Source: Oikopleura dioica
Taxonomy: Eukaryota; Animalia; Chordata
Assembly (NCBI GenBank): GCA_907165135.1
Contig: OU015569.1
Coordinates: forward strand, 8,618,001 to 8,682,000
Direction: 5' to 3'
DNA: 64,000 nt
Shown here in pieces: positions 1 through 15,200 of this stretch; the first letter of the stretch is position 1, and each line of letters begins with the position of its first letter. The notes below the pieces were generated by a model. The model was not told the origin of the DNA and searched no databases. It was given only the letters and a program-made list of their open reading frames with translations. The translations under genes were made by a program, and so were the position numbers.

Positions 1-420
1 AGACCTACTCTTGTCTCGGTGCGAGGATTGTAAAATTCGTTTTTTACGTCCGAGGCTTTACAATAGGGATTATTTCGCCTTGAAAAATCTAATTTCGAGT
101 ATATAGTTCTATTAGCAGAAACGGTCAATAATGCTCCGATTCGAAAAAAACGGAATTTCGATGAAGTGCAATTTTCCCACGTCGATGTTTATCACGTTTC
201 ATTCAGTCCAGAGCTCCATTCAGATGTTCCGTTAAGTTTATTTTATGTTTTTGTGGAAGACTCAGCCGAGTGGAGCTAGAGTGTGGCGCTCCACCGCGAC
301 AGCGCCACGAAAGCTAGAAAGAGCGCGCTCGATTTAGGTTCTGAAGTGTATCGACTATTTACTCAGAAGAAGAAAACAGAGTTTTTACCCAAGAAGTCCA
401 GAGAAAACATAGAAAACGAG

Positions 421-1838
421 ATGACGAACTTGACTGATCAAGAAGTTGTCCAGCAGATGAACCTGCTAAATTGTGGAAGCACCCTGTCTACGTATGAGCT
501 CTGGTGCAGTCTCACCCAGGTAAGCCTTTTTCGGCAGCGCACTCTCTCTAGCATGATCATTTAGACGCACAATCATCAAGCTCACGAGAACCTTCTGAGT
601 GAGATTGAAAGCTTCTACCAGAATCCGTACAGCCAGGGAGGTAACAACAATGCCGCGTTGAACGTGCTGCAAGATTTGCCGATCAATCCACTGCTCGAGC
701 CTGAGCTCGAGGCGAGCCCGATAATGCTCCAAGCAAACCAAACGATAAAAATGGAGCGAAATTGCAACTCACCAAATGAGACAGTCGACTCAGGCCTTTC
801 GGACTGTGGAAGTCCTCGCTGCGCGAGAGGAAGTAGCGCCGGCACAGAAAGCTCACCCTCAGTAACAGAAGGTAATTGGCGAGATTTAAGAAGTCAAATA
901 GTGGCCTGGCTTATCAAAAACAATGAATCGAGTCGATAAGCGAATTGAATATTTTCATTAACTCTAGAACTGACACAAACGTGGTGGGAAGTAGAATCTG
1001 ATTTTTTCGTTTTCAGTTCAAACATTCAAAGTGAGCTCAGTTTATCCTCAAATAGCGAGTCCGTAGCCGCTGTCTCGTCCATCAACAAAATGTACAATAA
1101 TTTTCACGTTGTGAATCTCTTCGTTTTTTTGGATCAGTAACATGTTTGGAACTATAATTTCCACGTTGAGCGTAGATATTGAGTTGTTTTTATTCCCCCA
1201 ATGCCGAGCTGTTCAGGCTCATCCGGACATGCATAGCGCGCAAATAAATCACCCATCAGAAAAAGGCTCCAGAATGACGATGCAATGTTCCTAATGTCTT
1301 TTTAGCGGATCTAAACGAGTTCGAAAAGGGAAGCGGAGAAGTCTCGGACGAGGAGGACGATGCATCTGACGAAAACGAACTTGCTTCTGATAAAAGAAAA
1401 CCCGCAAGCCGAGGACTATTTACACTTCGCTGCAGCTGCAACAACTGAATTCCTACTTTCAAAAGACTCAGTATCTTAGTCTTCCAGAGCGAGCGGATCT
1501 CGCTGTGAATCTCGGACTAACTCAGACTCAGGTAGATTGGCGATAAGTTTATCGGTTGATAAAAGACAATTTAGGTGAAAATTTGGTTCCAGAACCGCCG
1601 TTCGAAAATGAAGAAAATGATGAAGCAGCGCCCCAACGGAAGTCTTGAAGATGGTGAAGCGTTTGATGAAACACGCGCGTCAAGTGCTCAGCCAAGTCAA
1701 TTGCCGATTGGAAGCTGCTTTCCCGCTGGAGCACAGTCCTTTTTCCGCTCTAACTCGCAGCCAGCCTTCAACTATCCTCGCGAGCATTCGCAAGATTTCG
1801 GTAGCATTACATTCAATGACAAACGGCGTTTCCATTGA
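421..1838 (+). CDS. Dlx: Distal-less (Dlx) homeobox transcription factor; probable exons 421-519, 565-871, 1306-1531, 1575-1838, with a 1-nt frameshift at ~1392-1395
   Basis: 1403-1531 reads [44 protein letters not shown] 43-nt GT-AG intron (1532-1574) then joins [14 protein letters not shown], giving a Dlx-type homeodomain. Upstream exons are phase-compatible at GT-AG junctions but less certain. Confidence 0.9.
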
Positions 1839-2833
1839 ACCAACTTTAACCTTCCTTTCTTAATTAGTTTCTTCAGTAAACCGGCTCCAAATGGGTAATG
1901 CAAATTGGCAGCGCCTCTCGCAGAATCATTCAAATTGGTGACTTATTGCGTTTTTTCAAAACTCTGACCCTGCTTGTATATAACAACTGCCTGTTTCTGC
2001 TTCACCCATTTCAATAAAATGATAAGTTTCAAAAATGGAACATTGATGTTGACTGATTCGTTATTATTGATAAGTTATCAGCATTTTTGTCAGCAACATT
2101 GATATTTACGCATAAAACTCTAGACAAATATAATCTACAGCTATTCAAATAAAATTAGCGACCCTAGAATTAACAAAGAGAGCTTCCTAATAAAATCAGC
2201 ATCAACAGTCAGTAGAGCTAGCATTTTTTAGTGCGAATAAATATTTTTTGCGCATAGCATAACTGCGCAGAATCTCTAAAAAATCCGCTTAGCCGGGTGG
2301 CTCAACCCAAATTCATTCAGAGCGAAAGATATTTCTACCGATCTCGCTTTCGGCCGCTGCTAGCTGATTTGTGAGAAATGGAACACACGAAGCTGGATGG
2401 AGAGCAAGAGTGAGGGATTTGGTGGTGAAATAACACGGAAACATTGTGCAGCGGCTATTGTAAGCCGGTGTAGCTTGGAGTTAGCCTTGCCGCACACGTT
2501 GCTGTTTATTGCTGAATGCTTTCAACGCACGTTGAAATTGCCAAAGTGGCCGGATCCGTCCACCAAAATCTCCAGCGGAATTCGTCAAGAATCTACTCCA
2601 CGGGCTCTTTCGCCGAAAGATGAGATGTTTGCCCCTTAGATGTAATGCTTCGATTAGGAAATGGGAAAGTTGGCTCGAGATAGTGGAACATCTTCGAATA
2701 GCCTGAAAGTTAGAAAAGCACTCTCTTTAGGTAGTCACGTGTCACGTTAGCGGTTTATCGCGGTTTTCGGGCACGAGTGGGATTTTATGGGAATGCTGGC
2801 CGGGGAACTCGAATCACCGAATCAGCCCTCGCG

Positions 2834-3029
2834 TACAGAAAATACGCCTGGTCTGGGACGGTCTTAATCAGCCAAAGCGTCCCAAACCAGGATTATTTTC
2901 GCTCTCGCCTCTGGCGCCACTTTCATATTAAAAAGCACCCCCCAGGCGTGCGCCTTTGATCTTTAAATGGCCCGACCGTCCCAAACCAGGCGTATTTTTG
3001 ACCGTCCCAGACCAGGATTATTTTCTGTA
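2834..3029. mobile_element. Non-autonomous MITE with ~30-bp terminal inverted repeats and TA ends (Tc1/mariner-like)
   Basis: TAcagaaaatacgcctggtctgggacggtc at 2834 is the reverse complement (2 mismatches) of gaccgtcccagaccaggattattttctgTA ending at 3029. Internal copies of the gtcccaaaccagg motif occur at ~2879 and ~2978. Confidence 0.75.
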
Positions 3030-6000
3030 TTTAGTATTAAACATTTGAATTAGTTGATATAAATTTCACTATAGAAGTTATTATTTACAAGTTGTGGAAA
3101 CTCACCCGTTCCTCGGAACAACTGCCTAAATATATTGCTAACAATATTTAAAATAATATTGGGCGATCAATTAGATCTTCAAGCGTGCTCCACGTTTTGA
3201 TGTCAACATTGAAAACTCGGGAAAAATTAGGTTTGATCAAATGAGCTTTTTGTATTGAAGCAAAACACTGCTCCTATCCAAGGTCTACCGGAAACGACAA
3301 AAAATGGAGTGGAGATTGTAAACCAGAATACTAGTGCTGCGTCGGCAAACAATTTTTGTCTTCCAAAAGAATTTCGATTTTGTAATAATAATAACGGTTC
3401 AAAGGAAAAACACGCGGGGCTCATTTGATATTCACGTTTCTATTTTGCTCCTGGTTGACTTGTGTTCTCGTATTTCAGAACAAGCAAGAGTCAATAACGC
3501 GTTTTGTTTGAATTTCGCTGGAAAAGCAAAAAGGTCGCCAAGGGGAAGTTTACGGGTCAACACTGACCACATCGAATCAGTAAGACTCTCACCACTTCAT
3601 TTAACAACGGCAAGAGTTTCCAAGTGCACAGTTTCGTGATAAGCTTCTTGTCGCTGTTTCGCCAAAAATAAGGCGTTCAGTTGTCGGATGTTTTGTTATG
3701 TTTAGCGGAGAGCCTGTGTTTCGGTTCCCTGACGTAGGGGGCAGCCAAAATCCGAATAAAATACATTTTATCGCTCGATCTGTCACCACTAGCCTCGCCC
3801 AAACTCACTTTTTCTTCAGAACAGTCAGGAAGCCCAGCCCCATCGGATGCCCGGGTTACTAAATTATCCTAAAGCCGATCTGAAAATCCAAGCCACAAAG
3901 ATCATCAATATCCGGCCTTGAATCGAAAAATTATAACTTTTTCTTTTTGCTTTCGTATTATGACCATGGCCCGAACGCCTTGTAGTTCTATTGATCCTCA
4001 AATAAACCGAGCTAAAATACATTTACATTGTTTGTCATCAAAGATTTCCGAGGGAACGTTATAACAAGTAAGCATTTTTTATTGATAAGTGCATTCGTTT
4101 TTCATTACAGAGTAATAAATTCAAAAGAGGTCAAGCGTTTCTCAAAACACTAGTTTTGATTGAATTCATAAAGCAGGGATATGTAACATGAATTTATCGT
4201 TTTATGGTAATAATATAACCTTCCAAGTATGAAAATATTTCCGCCTGACAAAGTGTTACTTGGTTTTCGGTTTGATTTTTAACTGCTTATAGATTTTTAT
4301 TATGCAGAATAAAAAAATGAGAGAAGAGAAAAAAAAATAATTCACTCTAAAAAGCAATATCTTTCAGATGCAATTTGTTTTAAAAAAGATGGAACAAAGT
4401 TCAGGTCTTTCTCATATTCAGCCGAGTTGTCTCTATATGAGCCATATTTTGGATGCAGATTATTGCTGAAAATTTTCTCACGATTCCAAAAATACTTAAA
4501 AACGATTTTTGATTCTTACACTGGTAAACCTGATCTGGTATGTCAAATATGTTAACAGATGCATATATATATGTATAGACTATATAATATAGTCGCGTGA
4601 GACCAGAAATTTAATTAAGAACCCTGAGAGGGACTGTTTAAAACTCCAAATTTAGCAAAGAGGCTGAGTTCTATCAAAACAGCTTCTGCCAGATCATATT
4701 AATTAAAAAATAATAGCAGAAACACCAAAACGTAACAGTCTGTTTATCATAGAGACACACAATTAAAATCTATTCATTGTGATTATCGTCTAAACTCTCA
4801 AAGTATATTGTGTCTAACGAAGCAAATCGACAATGGACAATAATAACCGATCTGCGACACAACTTCCAAGAAGCAAAGTCGAGTTCACTTCCGATCATTT
4901 CAAATGCAATGATATTTTGCGAATAGATAGATATTACTATTCACGCTTATTGATACATTTATGTAAATAAAAATGCTTGTTTTATTGAATTTTGTTCCCA
5001 ATATTGTTCCCAGAAACGATTTCGTCTGACGAAATTCGTCATACATTCATAGCGCTCTTGTTGACTTTGTGTAACTTTACTTCACCAAATATAATTTGCC
5101 CGGGCTCAAAAAAGAAAAAATCGGAAATTGAATATTTCAAAAATTTTTGATGGGGGTTGGATCTTAAACGTTTTCAAGGTTCTAATAAGTTCAAAAAAGC
5201 ATCAAGAAAAGCAGAAACAAGCTCACGATCGATTGTAAATCCAGCTTACTTTGTTTGTCTTCCATGATTACTAAGAGCCTTGTTTTCTCAATCGAACAAA
5301 TATTCTTATTATATTAGTAGCACCAACGTAGCAGAGTGTCTAAAGAAGAATTTGTAAACAACTTAAAGAAGGGTCATCCAAAGAAAAGGTCTAATCAGTC
5401 TAAAATATTAAAGACTCTTTAATCACCTGAATATTGGAACCTCATTCATTCCCGAGAAAACATATTGGCAAAGCACCTATGGTGTTATTATCAAAATGAC
5501 GCTCAATCAAGAAATGTGTCTATATCCCAACAGTAACTAACGGAAAAAAGTAGAACCAGCAATAATACTTGATTAAGGAACTTCTGATTAGTCTATTAAA
5601 TATTGTCTTTTTGAGAGTTTTTCCTGACGAAATGGTTTACTCGAAAATCTCCTTTGAGATTTTGTTATCACCCAATATCGTCGAGCATGCTCGTTCATTA
5701 AAACTTGAAGTAGTATTTGTCGGAACTGCAAGTTCAGAGAACAATACCGGAAATGGTCTGGTTTTGATTCAATTATTTCAATTTGAAGAATAATCAAACA
5801 ACCCGAAAAGGAGCGATCCCTCAGAAATAAATTTCAAGACCCAGAATCAAACACACACAAACAGCGCACCCATTTGTCTGCTAGCCGCATATGTATACAG
5901 TATGAGACTGCTATATTTTTTTGCAAAATATAATTTTCTTGATATGTACATCTACTTTTTTGACTGGGCAGAATTATTGCGTATCATCACGTGTAATGGT

Positions 6001-6360
6001 AGAAAAATTGACCACATGATCGCTTCCAACATGATGCAGATTTTGAATCTCTAGGTCGCTTGGGTCGACAAATAGTGGTGGAAATGGTGGGTGGGAGGGT
6101 TTTGGGCCAATATTTTTCGGCGAAATCTTACAAAAAAGATCAGTTATCCTCCTGACATGAGTTAATTTTGTATTAACCCACCATTTTTGTACTACCACCA
6201 TTGAAAATTTGATTCCCACATCGACCCAGTCACCTCCACCCACCATCGCTTGGTGGCTTGCCGACCCCAGCTAGGTCGCGGCGATCATTTTGGTGCCAAA
6301 TTCATCGTAATCCCACTTGATTTTCACCCAAAAAGGAACATTTGAAGTCCCAAAATGAGA

Positions 6361-6718
6361 GCTAGAAATTTTCGAACGCCCGGAAAGGAATGAATACTCC
6401 ATCCACTAACACGAATGGTCCCAGCTTGTAGAGCAGGCTCTTTTCTACCAAAGTCAGTTCGCAGAACTTGTGAGCTGCTCTAGTGAGAACCAGCGCTGAA
6501 AGAAGCTCAAAAATGAGGCGAAATGGTTAGTTCACGGAAGCTGAATTCGACTTTGATTTCTAACCATCTTTGGGGCTTCTTTTGGCGCTGGTTCTTATTA
6601 GAACCGCTGTTCACAACTTTTGTGAACTGAGTCTGGTAGAAAACAACCTGCTTTACAAACTGAGACCATTCGTTTAGTAACAGGATGGAGTATTCATCCC
6701 CTTCCGGAAATTTCTAGC
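6361..6718. repeat. Old, imperfect foldback / inverted repeat (~160-bp arms)
   Basis: gctagaaatt...tgaatactccatcc...acgaatggtc...atggttag (6361-6530) pairs with ctaaccat...gaccattcgt...ggatggagtattca...aatttctagc (6560-6718), with many mismatches and indels. Confidence 0.7.
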
Positions 6719-7207
6719 GTTCCTTCTAAATCTGCATATTTGAGGCTCTAGTAACAAGAGTCAGCCTCCTCTTTCAGTTCGTTTGTGATCCACAGGCATA
6801 TGAAAGAGTGATGCTTCTCCAATAGCTCGTTTAGCAAGAGCAGCACAGTCTTCCGGAAATTGCGCACGATAACCTAAAAGTTGCTCGTAACAAATTAGTA
6901 AAAATAGATCGCGGTCAATGTGCCGTAATCGCCCGGAACTAGGAAAACAGGTGGTGCTTTTTAAGTTCGTGGAACTAAGATTCAGGAACAAATTTTTTCG
7001 CGCACGAAATCGTGATCCTTCTCCGATAAGATTCTCATCTCGTCCTCGAAGGCGCACCCCAGCAGGGCACCTTCCAAATACAAATACCTCGGTAGCTTAG
7101 ACCTTCTCATAACTCAAAAATCTCGCCGACCCAAAACACCTCCAATAAAGCTCGAAAATAAGCTGAAAGACAAACTCTAAAACCTATAAAAAGACTCTTT
7201 TTAAAAG

Positions 7208-7262
7208 AAAGAGACGCTGAAAATCAAAAAAGAGACGCTGAAATATCGAAAAAGAGACGAAA
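7208..7262. repeat. Short tandem repeat (~21-22 nt period, about 2.5 copies)
   Basis: aaagagacgctgaaa at 7208 and 7229; partial aaagagacg at 7251. Confidence 0.6.
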
Positions 7263-9046
7263 AACGACTAAAAATGACTACTCCCCGAAAACCAGTCTAC
7301 TCGCGAAAAAACTTCCAGTTCTACAACGCCGAAGAAATTCGCTGCGAAGAGATTGAAGAATGGAATATTGTCTCTGTAGTTTCTGTCCGAAAATGCATCG
7401 GAATCGAGTCCCTCAGACTTTGAAAAAAACTTCCAATAAATCGTTCTTACCTGGATTCGCGCAAATTTTATTCAGTAAAGCACCGGCATACTAATTCATT
7501 ACCGGAAGCTTTAAAAAATGAAACATTCATAAATACACGTATATTATTTACAAAGATACAAGTATTTGAAAGATCAACTAACAAAAATGATTTGAACGAA
7601 CAATTAATCAGAAGTTGCTTCAAAAAGGATTTTTTAGGAAGTCGCACCATTTTCGGCAAATGGCAAAAAAACAAAAAAGGGCCAAACTGTGGGAGTCAAC
7701 TGTATGCAATAAATTATTTAAGGGATCCCCCCCCCCCGATTTCGTGAACTTCGACATCGAACTACTTTTTACCTTGAAAAGACGGGCTGAAAACATTGAT
7801 ACTCGCGAAAAACCACATTTTGGGCCATTTTAAAAATCGAATTAGTTTTTCTGCTCTTAGATAAAGCCCTAAATCAATAACAACTGTCTTTCTTGATCCC
7901 TGATCTACAATCTCTAGTACATGCATGTGATTTCGTCAAGGATTGTAGAATTTTCTTAACAAGATCTTTTTCAACTGATTTTTGCCATTTTTATGACTTT
8001 CTATGCTCTCTAGCGCCTTTTAGTGGTTAGATATTTTATTAAACATATTTTTTTAATTCATTTTCTTTTAAACTTTCTGTAGAGCCCTTATTCATCCGAT
8101 TATGTCGATTTTAAAAAGTCGAAAAATTTAAGAATTTTTTCCAAGTAAAATAAGCCATTTTCAAAGCTGTGTCACGGCTTACCACGTGACGGACTCCCCT
8201 TGTCATAAGATGTGAAAATGATCACCAGACAACGGAGATTTTAAAAAATAACACATATCACATTATCTCACACAAAAGCTCTCGATAATATTTTTCAAAT
8301 CGGGAGGAGATCCCTTAAAATAAGAAAAAATACTATAGAAAACGCTGATTTTGGATTATTAGTGTATTGCCCTCAAGTCGATCTCCAAAAGAAGCCTTTT
8401 TACCCGCTTTTAGACAACTTCACTAATAGACTTAAAAATCATAAACCTCTGTTGACTTGCGTGTGATAAAATTAGCATTAAATTATTTAAAGGGATTATT
8501 CCCGAAATATCTATTTCTAGTTCAATAAGGTCTTATTTCGTTTTTTATTTGGGAGAATCGTGCACCCATGTTTTTACAACTACAAACACGTTAGTGTTTA
8601 CACTACAGTCGTTCGAGATGAAAATGTTAAACACGCCGCCCTCTCCGAGTGCGTCTCTGAATCAACTTCAATCTAAAACGTATTTTGGATCGGGTGGAGG
8701 TTGATTCAGAAAAATTAATAGAATTTAAAACTCAATTAACCGGCCACCCGTTCAGCGTTACAATTTTAACTCAAAGCAAATGCCTTCTTTCAATTCAAAC
8801 GACAGTATTTCTCAACTCCTGATAACGCAGAGTTTGATCTATTTCAATACCGTATACTTTCTGACCGTGACGAGGTAAAGCAGAGCCGAATTACCGGTTG
8901 TTGTAAATTTTGTTTGAGTTATTAGAAAATTGTGACGCGGGCGCAAAAACCGTTTAATTTTGTTGAAACAAATTTACCACAAGTGGGCTAATGTTGCTAT
9001 TTAAGGTAAGGGTAAGTAAGAAGCGGTCATCTCGGAGATTCAAGAG

Positions 9047-12136
<3,090 letters not shown>

Positions 12137-12274
12137 GAAATTATTCTTGAAATATAAGCAATTCAGGGAAAGTGTGATTCGAAACTTCCATATTTCATAA
12201 TTATGTTTAACATAATTAATATAAATCAAACTTAAGCTCAAATCAAATAAAAGCTCAAAATAAGTTCTTGCAGG

Positions 12275-15200
12275 TCAGAAAATTGTTGTTGGATTTTTTT
12301 TCAGATGTGCTGTTTTTTCATGCTCTTCGAGGTCTCCAAGGGAGTTTCCAACAGTGTTGTGGCGAGTATGTCGACGACGAGAGGTGGTTTCATCCTTTAA
12401 CTTGCATGACGAAGGGCGAAATCCGAGGCTCATTGTTGATAATTGCACGCTAGAGTTTAAAATCTTAATTTGAAGAGGAAAAAAAAGACTCACCCGTCGA
12501 GTTCATCAAAAGAGGGCCTTGTGAATCCCTCCAGGTTTGATTTCTGGCTAGTCTTGTGCTCGAGGCCTCGTTTAACGGAAGTTCCTCTGCTCAAACCGGG
12601 CAGCGCACTTCTTATTGACGAAAGTCGTGAATTTTTGTCAACCCTTTTGGAGCCTTTACGCGTACTCCCAGTGAGCTCTTTGTCTTTCTTGACATCGAGT
12701 ATTCCTGCATGGAGCTGGTCTATTTGATAAAGAATTTCCGGCTTGAGCTGGATCAAATGCGTCTGCATAGAGACATGGCAGCAGCCAACTTGCGTTAGTG
12801 TTTTCATCAACTCGTCTTTTATCGGCTTGAGCTGACTGGCGCAAGAACTCGAGATTTTCAGTTCACAAAGAACTCGCAGTAGTTCAGGGCGCTGGACAAG
12901 TTTAATGGTTGAACACTTTTCGACAATGTCTAGCAGACATTTCCAGCCACTGACGTTTTGTATGTTCAGAAGTTTCTTGAAAAAAATATCCACGATCTTG
13001 ATCAGACCGAATTCAATAATCTCCATTTGATATCCGTAAAAGATAACTTTTACGCCAAGTAAAATTTCCTGAAGTCTCCTATCCATGTCTGACGAGTGTT
13101 GGCTTCCATTGTGTGTACTTTTTCGGTCCGTTAACAATTTAGCTCTAGTATTATTTATGTATTATTTATGCTCTTATATTATTAATTATGACATTCAAAA
13201 AGGGACCTTTCCTCAAGTAAAAAGATGCTTGCGAATCATTAAGGCGTTCAAGCGCGGTAGAAAGATAAAATTCCAATGAGAACTCGAGATTCGCTTTCGA
13301 AATAGATGATCTATAAGACTTATTCTTCTTTTTGAATAGGATTGGCGTCAGAAAAAATGAAATGAATTGATTTTTGGAGTTGCTGTTCTGCGACCTTGAA
13401 GCTTCATAATATCGTTGGAAAGAGACAGAGTTTTGCAGGGACTGGAGCTCCGGGTGAGTGCGAAAGCCATCGTCCACCACAACAAGAAAATCGATAATCT
13501 CCAGCTTGAGTTCTTTTGGACTCGTCTCACTACCTGATCGAAAAGGCATCTGACTCATTACTCCATCTTGAAAGGTCCTTTGAATCTGGTAATTGTCCAG
13601 AAGAATGATGAGCAAATGTTCAATAATATTAAAAATACTCTGCATTCCGAGAAGAACACTTTTTCTGGCCATCAGCAGTCTCATTCCCTTTATGACCTCG
13701 AGAAAAGGCCTCCAAATAAGCTTCCGTCTCAGCCCAGGCTTTGTTGTGATTCGACCGAGTAATTTTTCAAATTTCTTGAGAAAGATTGTCAATCCCGCAC
13801 GCATCTCTTTCACTCGCCAGTCCAGTTGCGGGAACATTACAGAGAAGTAGTCGCTCAAGGTTTCCGAGAACTGCCGATAGGTCTGTTTCTGCATATTTCG
13901 TTTGACGTTCTTCTCTATTTCATCTATTGGAGTCTTCAATAGAGAAAAAACTATTTCCAAAAGTTTCTCGTTGAACTTTTTTGAAAAGTTTTCGTCGTCA
14001 AATTTAGTCGAGATAGTTACATCTTTTGAGACCTTGTAAATCTTGAGAACAACCTGCAGATAGGTTTGACGGGGGAGGACACATTCAGTGCAGGCGTTGA
14101 ATTCGACTGACTCGCTGGATTCATCGTCGAGTTCGTCACTGGTCACGCGGTTACCACGTTTGGACATAGTCGTTCTGGACTGAAAACATTGCGATTGCAG
14201 CGCGATATTTTCCACGACTTCGGTCACTTTCTTCAGCTTGGTGAAAAGCAAAAGAGATACCTTGGAGAACTTCTTGAGCTGCTGCCTCACCTCATAAAGC
14301 TCGATATCAACGAGAATGTCCAAGAGTAGGAACATTTTTGTGATAGATGTCTTGTCGCTCCATTCAAGAATTAAAATTTGACAGAGATTTAAGGCGTCGA
14401 ATATTTGAAAATTTTCTGATTCAGAAAGGTAGATAGTGTCCAGCGTTTTTGTCGAGACTTTGTCGAGAAAGTAGCATTCTCCACATGTAGAGCTGGCATT
14501 TATAGAGTTGATCAGAGATGCAAGAATTTCCGGTGTTAGCTGTTCCTTCGTTGTCAGATCAGCTTCATTCTGGTTCAATTACGCTTTATTATCTTTGATC
14601 AGTTAAATGATGTAAAGAACCGAATCATTAAACAGGTCCGCGAAAGCTGATAAAAGCTGCATAACGAATGGTACTCTGTGAATGCGATACAAATGTTTGC
14701 ACAGAAACTCAATAGCGTTTCTTGTTGTTTTAGAGTGATACCGTAAGATGTAGATTCTTATTACGGAATCTAAGATATGAAGTCTGCAAAATTCTAGGAA
14801 TTTTTCCGGGAAACGAATCGACGCGGAAACGAGGGATGTGATGAACTTCTTCAGAACGAAAAGATTTTCGTGATGGGTTATAAACGCGCAGCATAGGATG
14901 TCCAGAAACGATACAAGCTCCATTTCCCAGTTGAGAGGATCAATATTTTCGAAGACATTTGAAATAAGATCCATCCAGAAAAACTTTTTCATGCTGTCTA
15001 GTTGTTCGGAGATCCGATCACTCGAACCTGAACCCATTACACGCCGAGGAAACATCGCCATCCGAAGCAACTCAGATTTCAAGAAGAGAGCTTCGGACTC
15101 TTTGTCTCCCGATGATGTTATTATTTCGTTGATTAAAACTACTTTCGCGATCTCATCGTTGAACTGGTTTACAGCGAGCGAGTTGATATCTTTCTCAGCC

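Noticed and set aside
2288-2360. tRNA/SINE-like start (agccgggtggctca)
   Set aside because: No B-box (GTTCRA) or cloverleaf follows.
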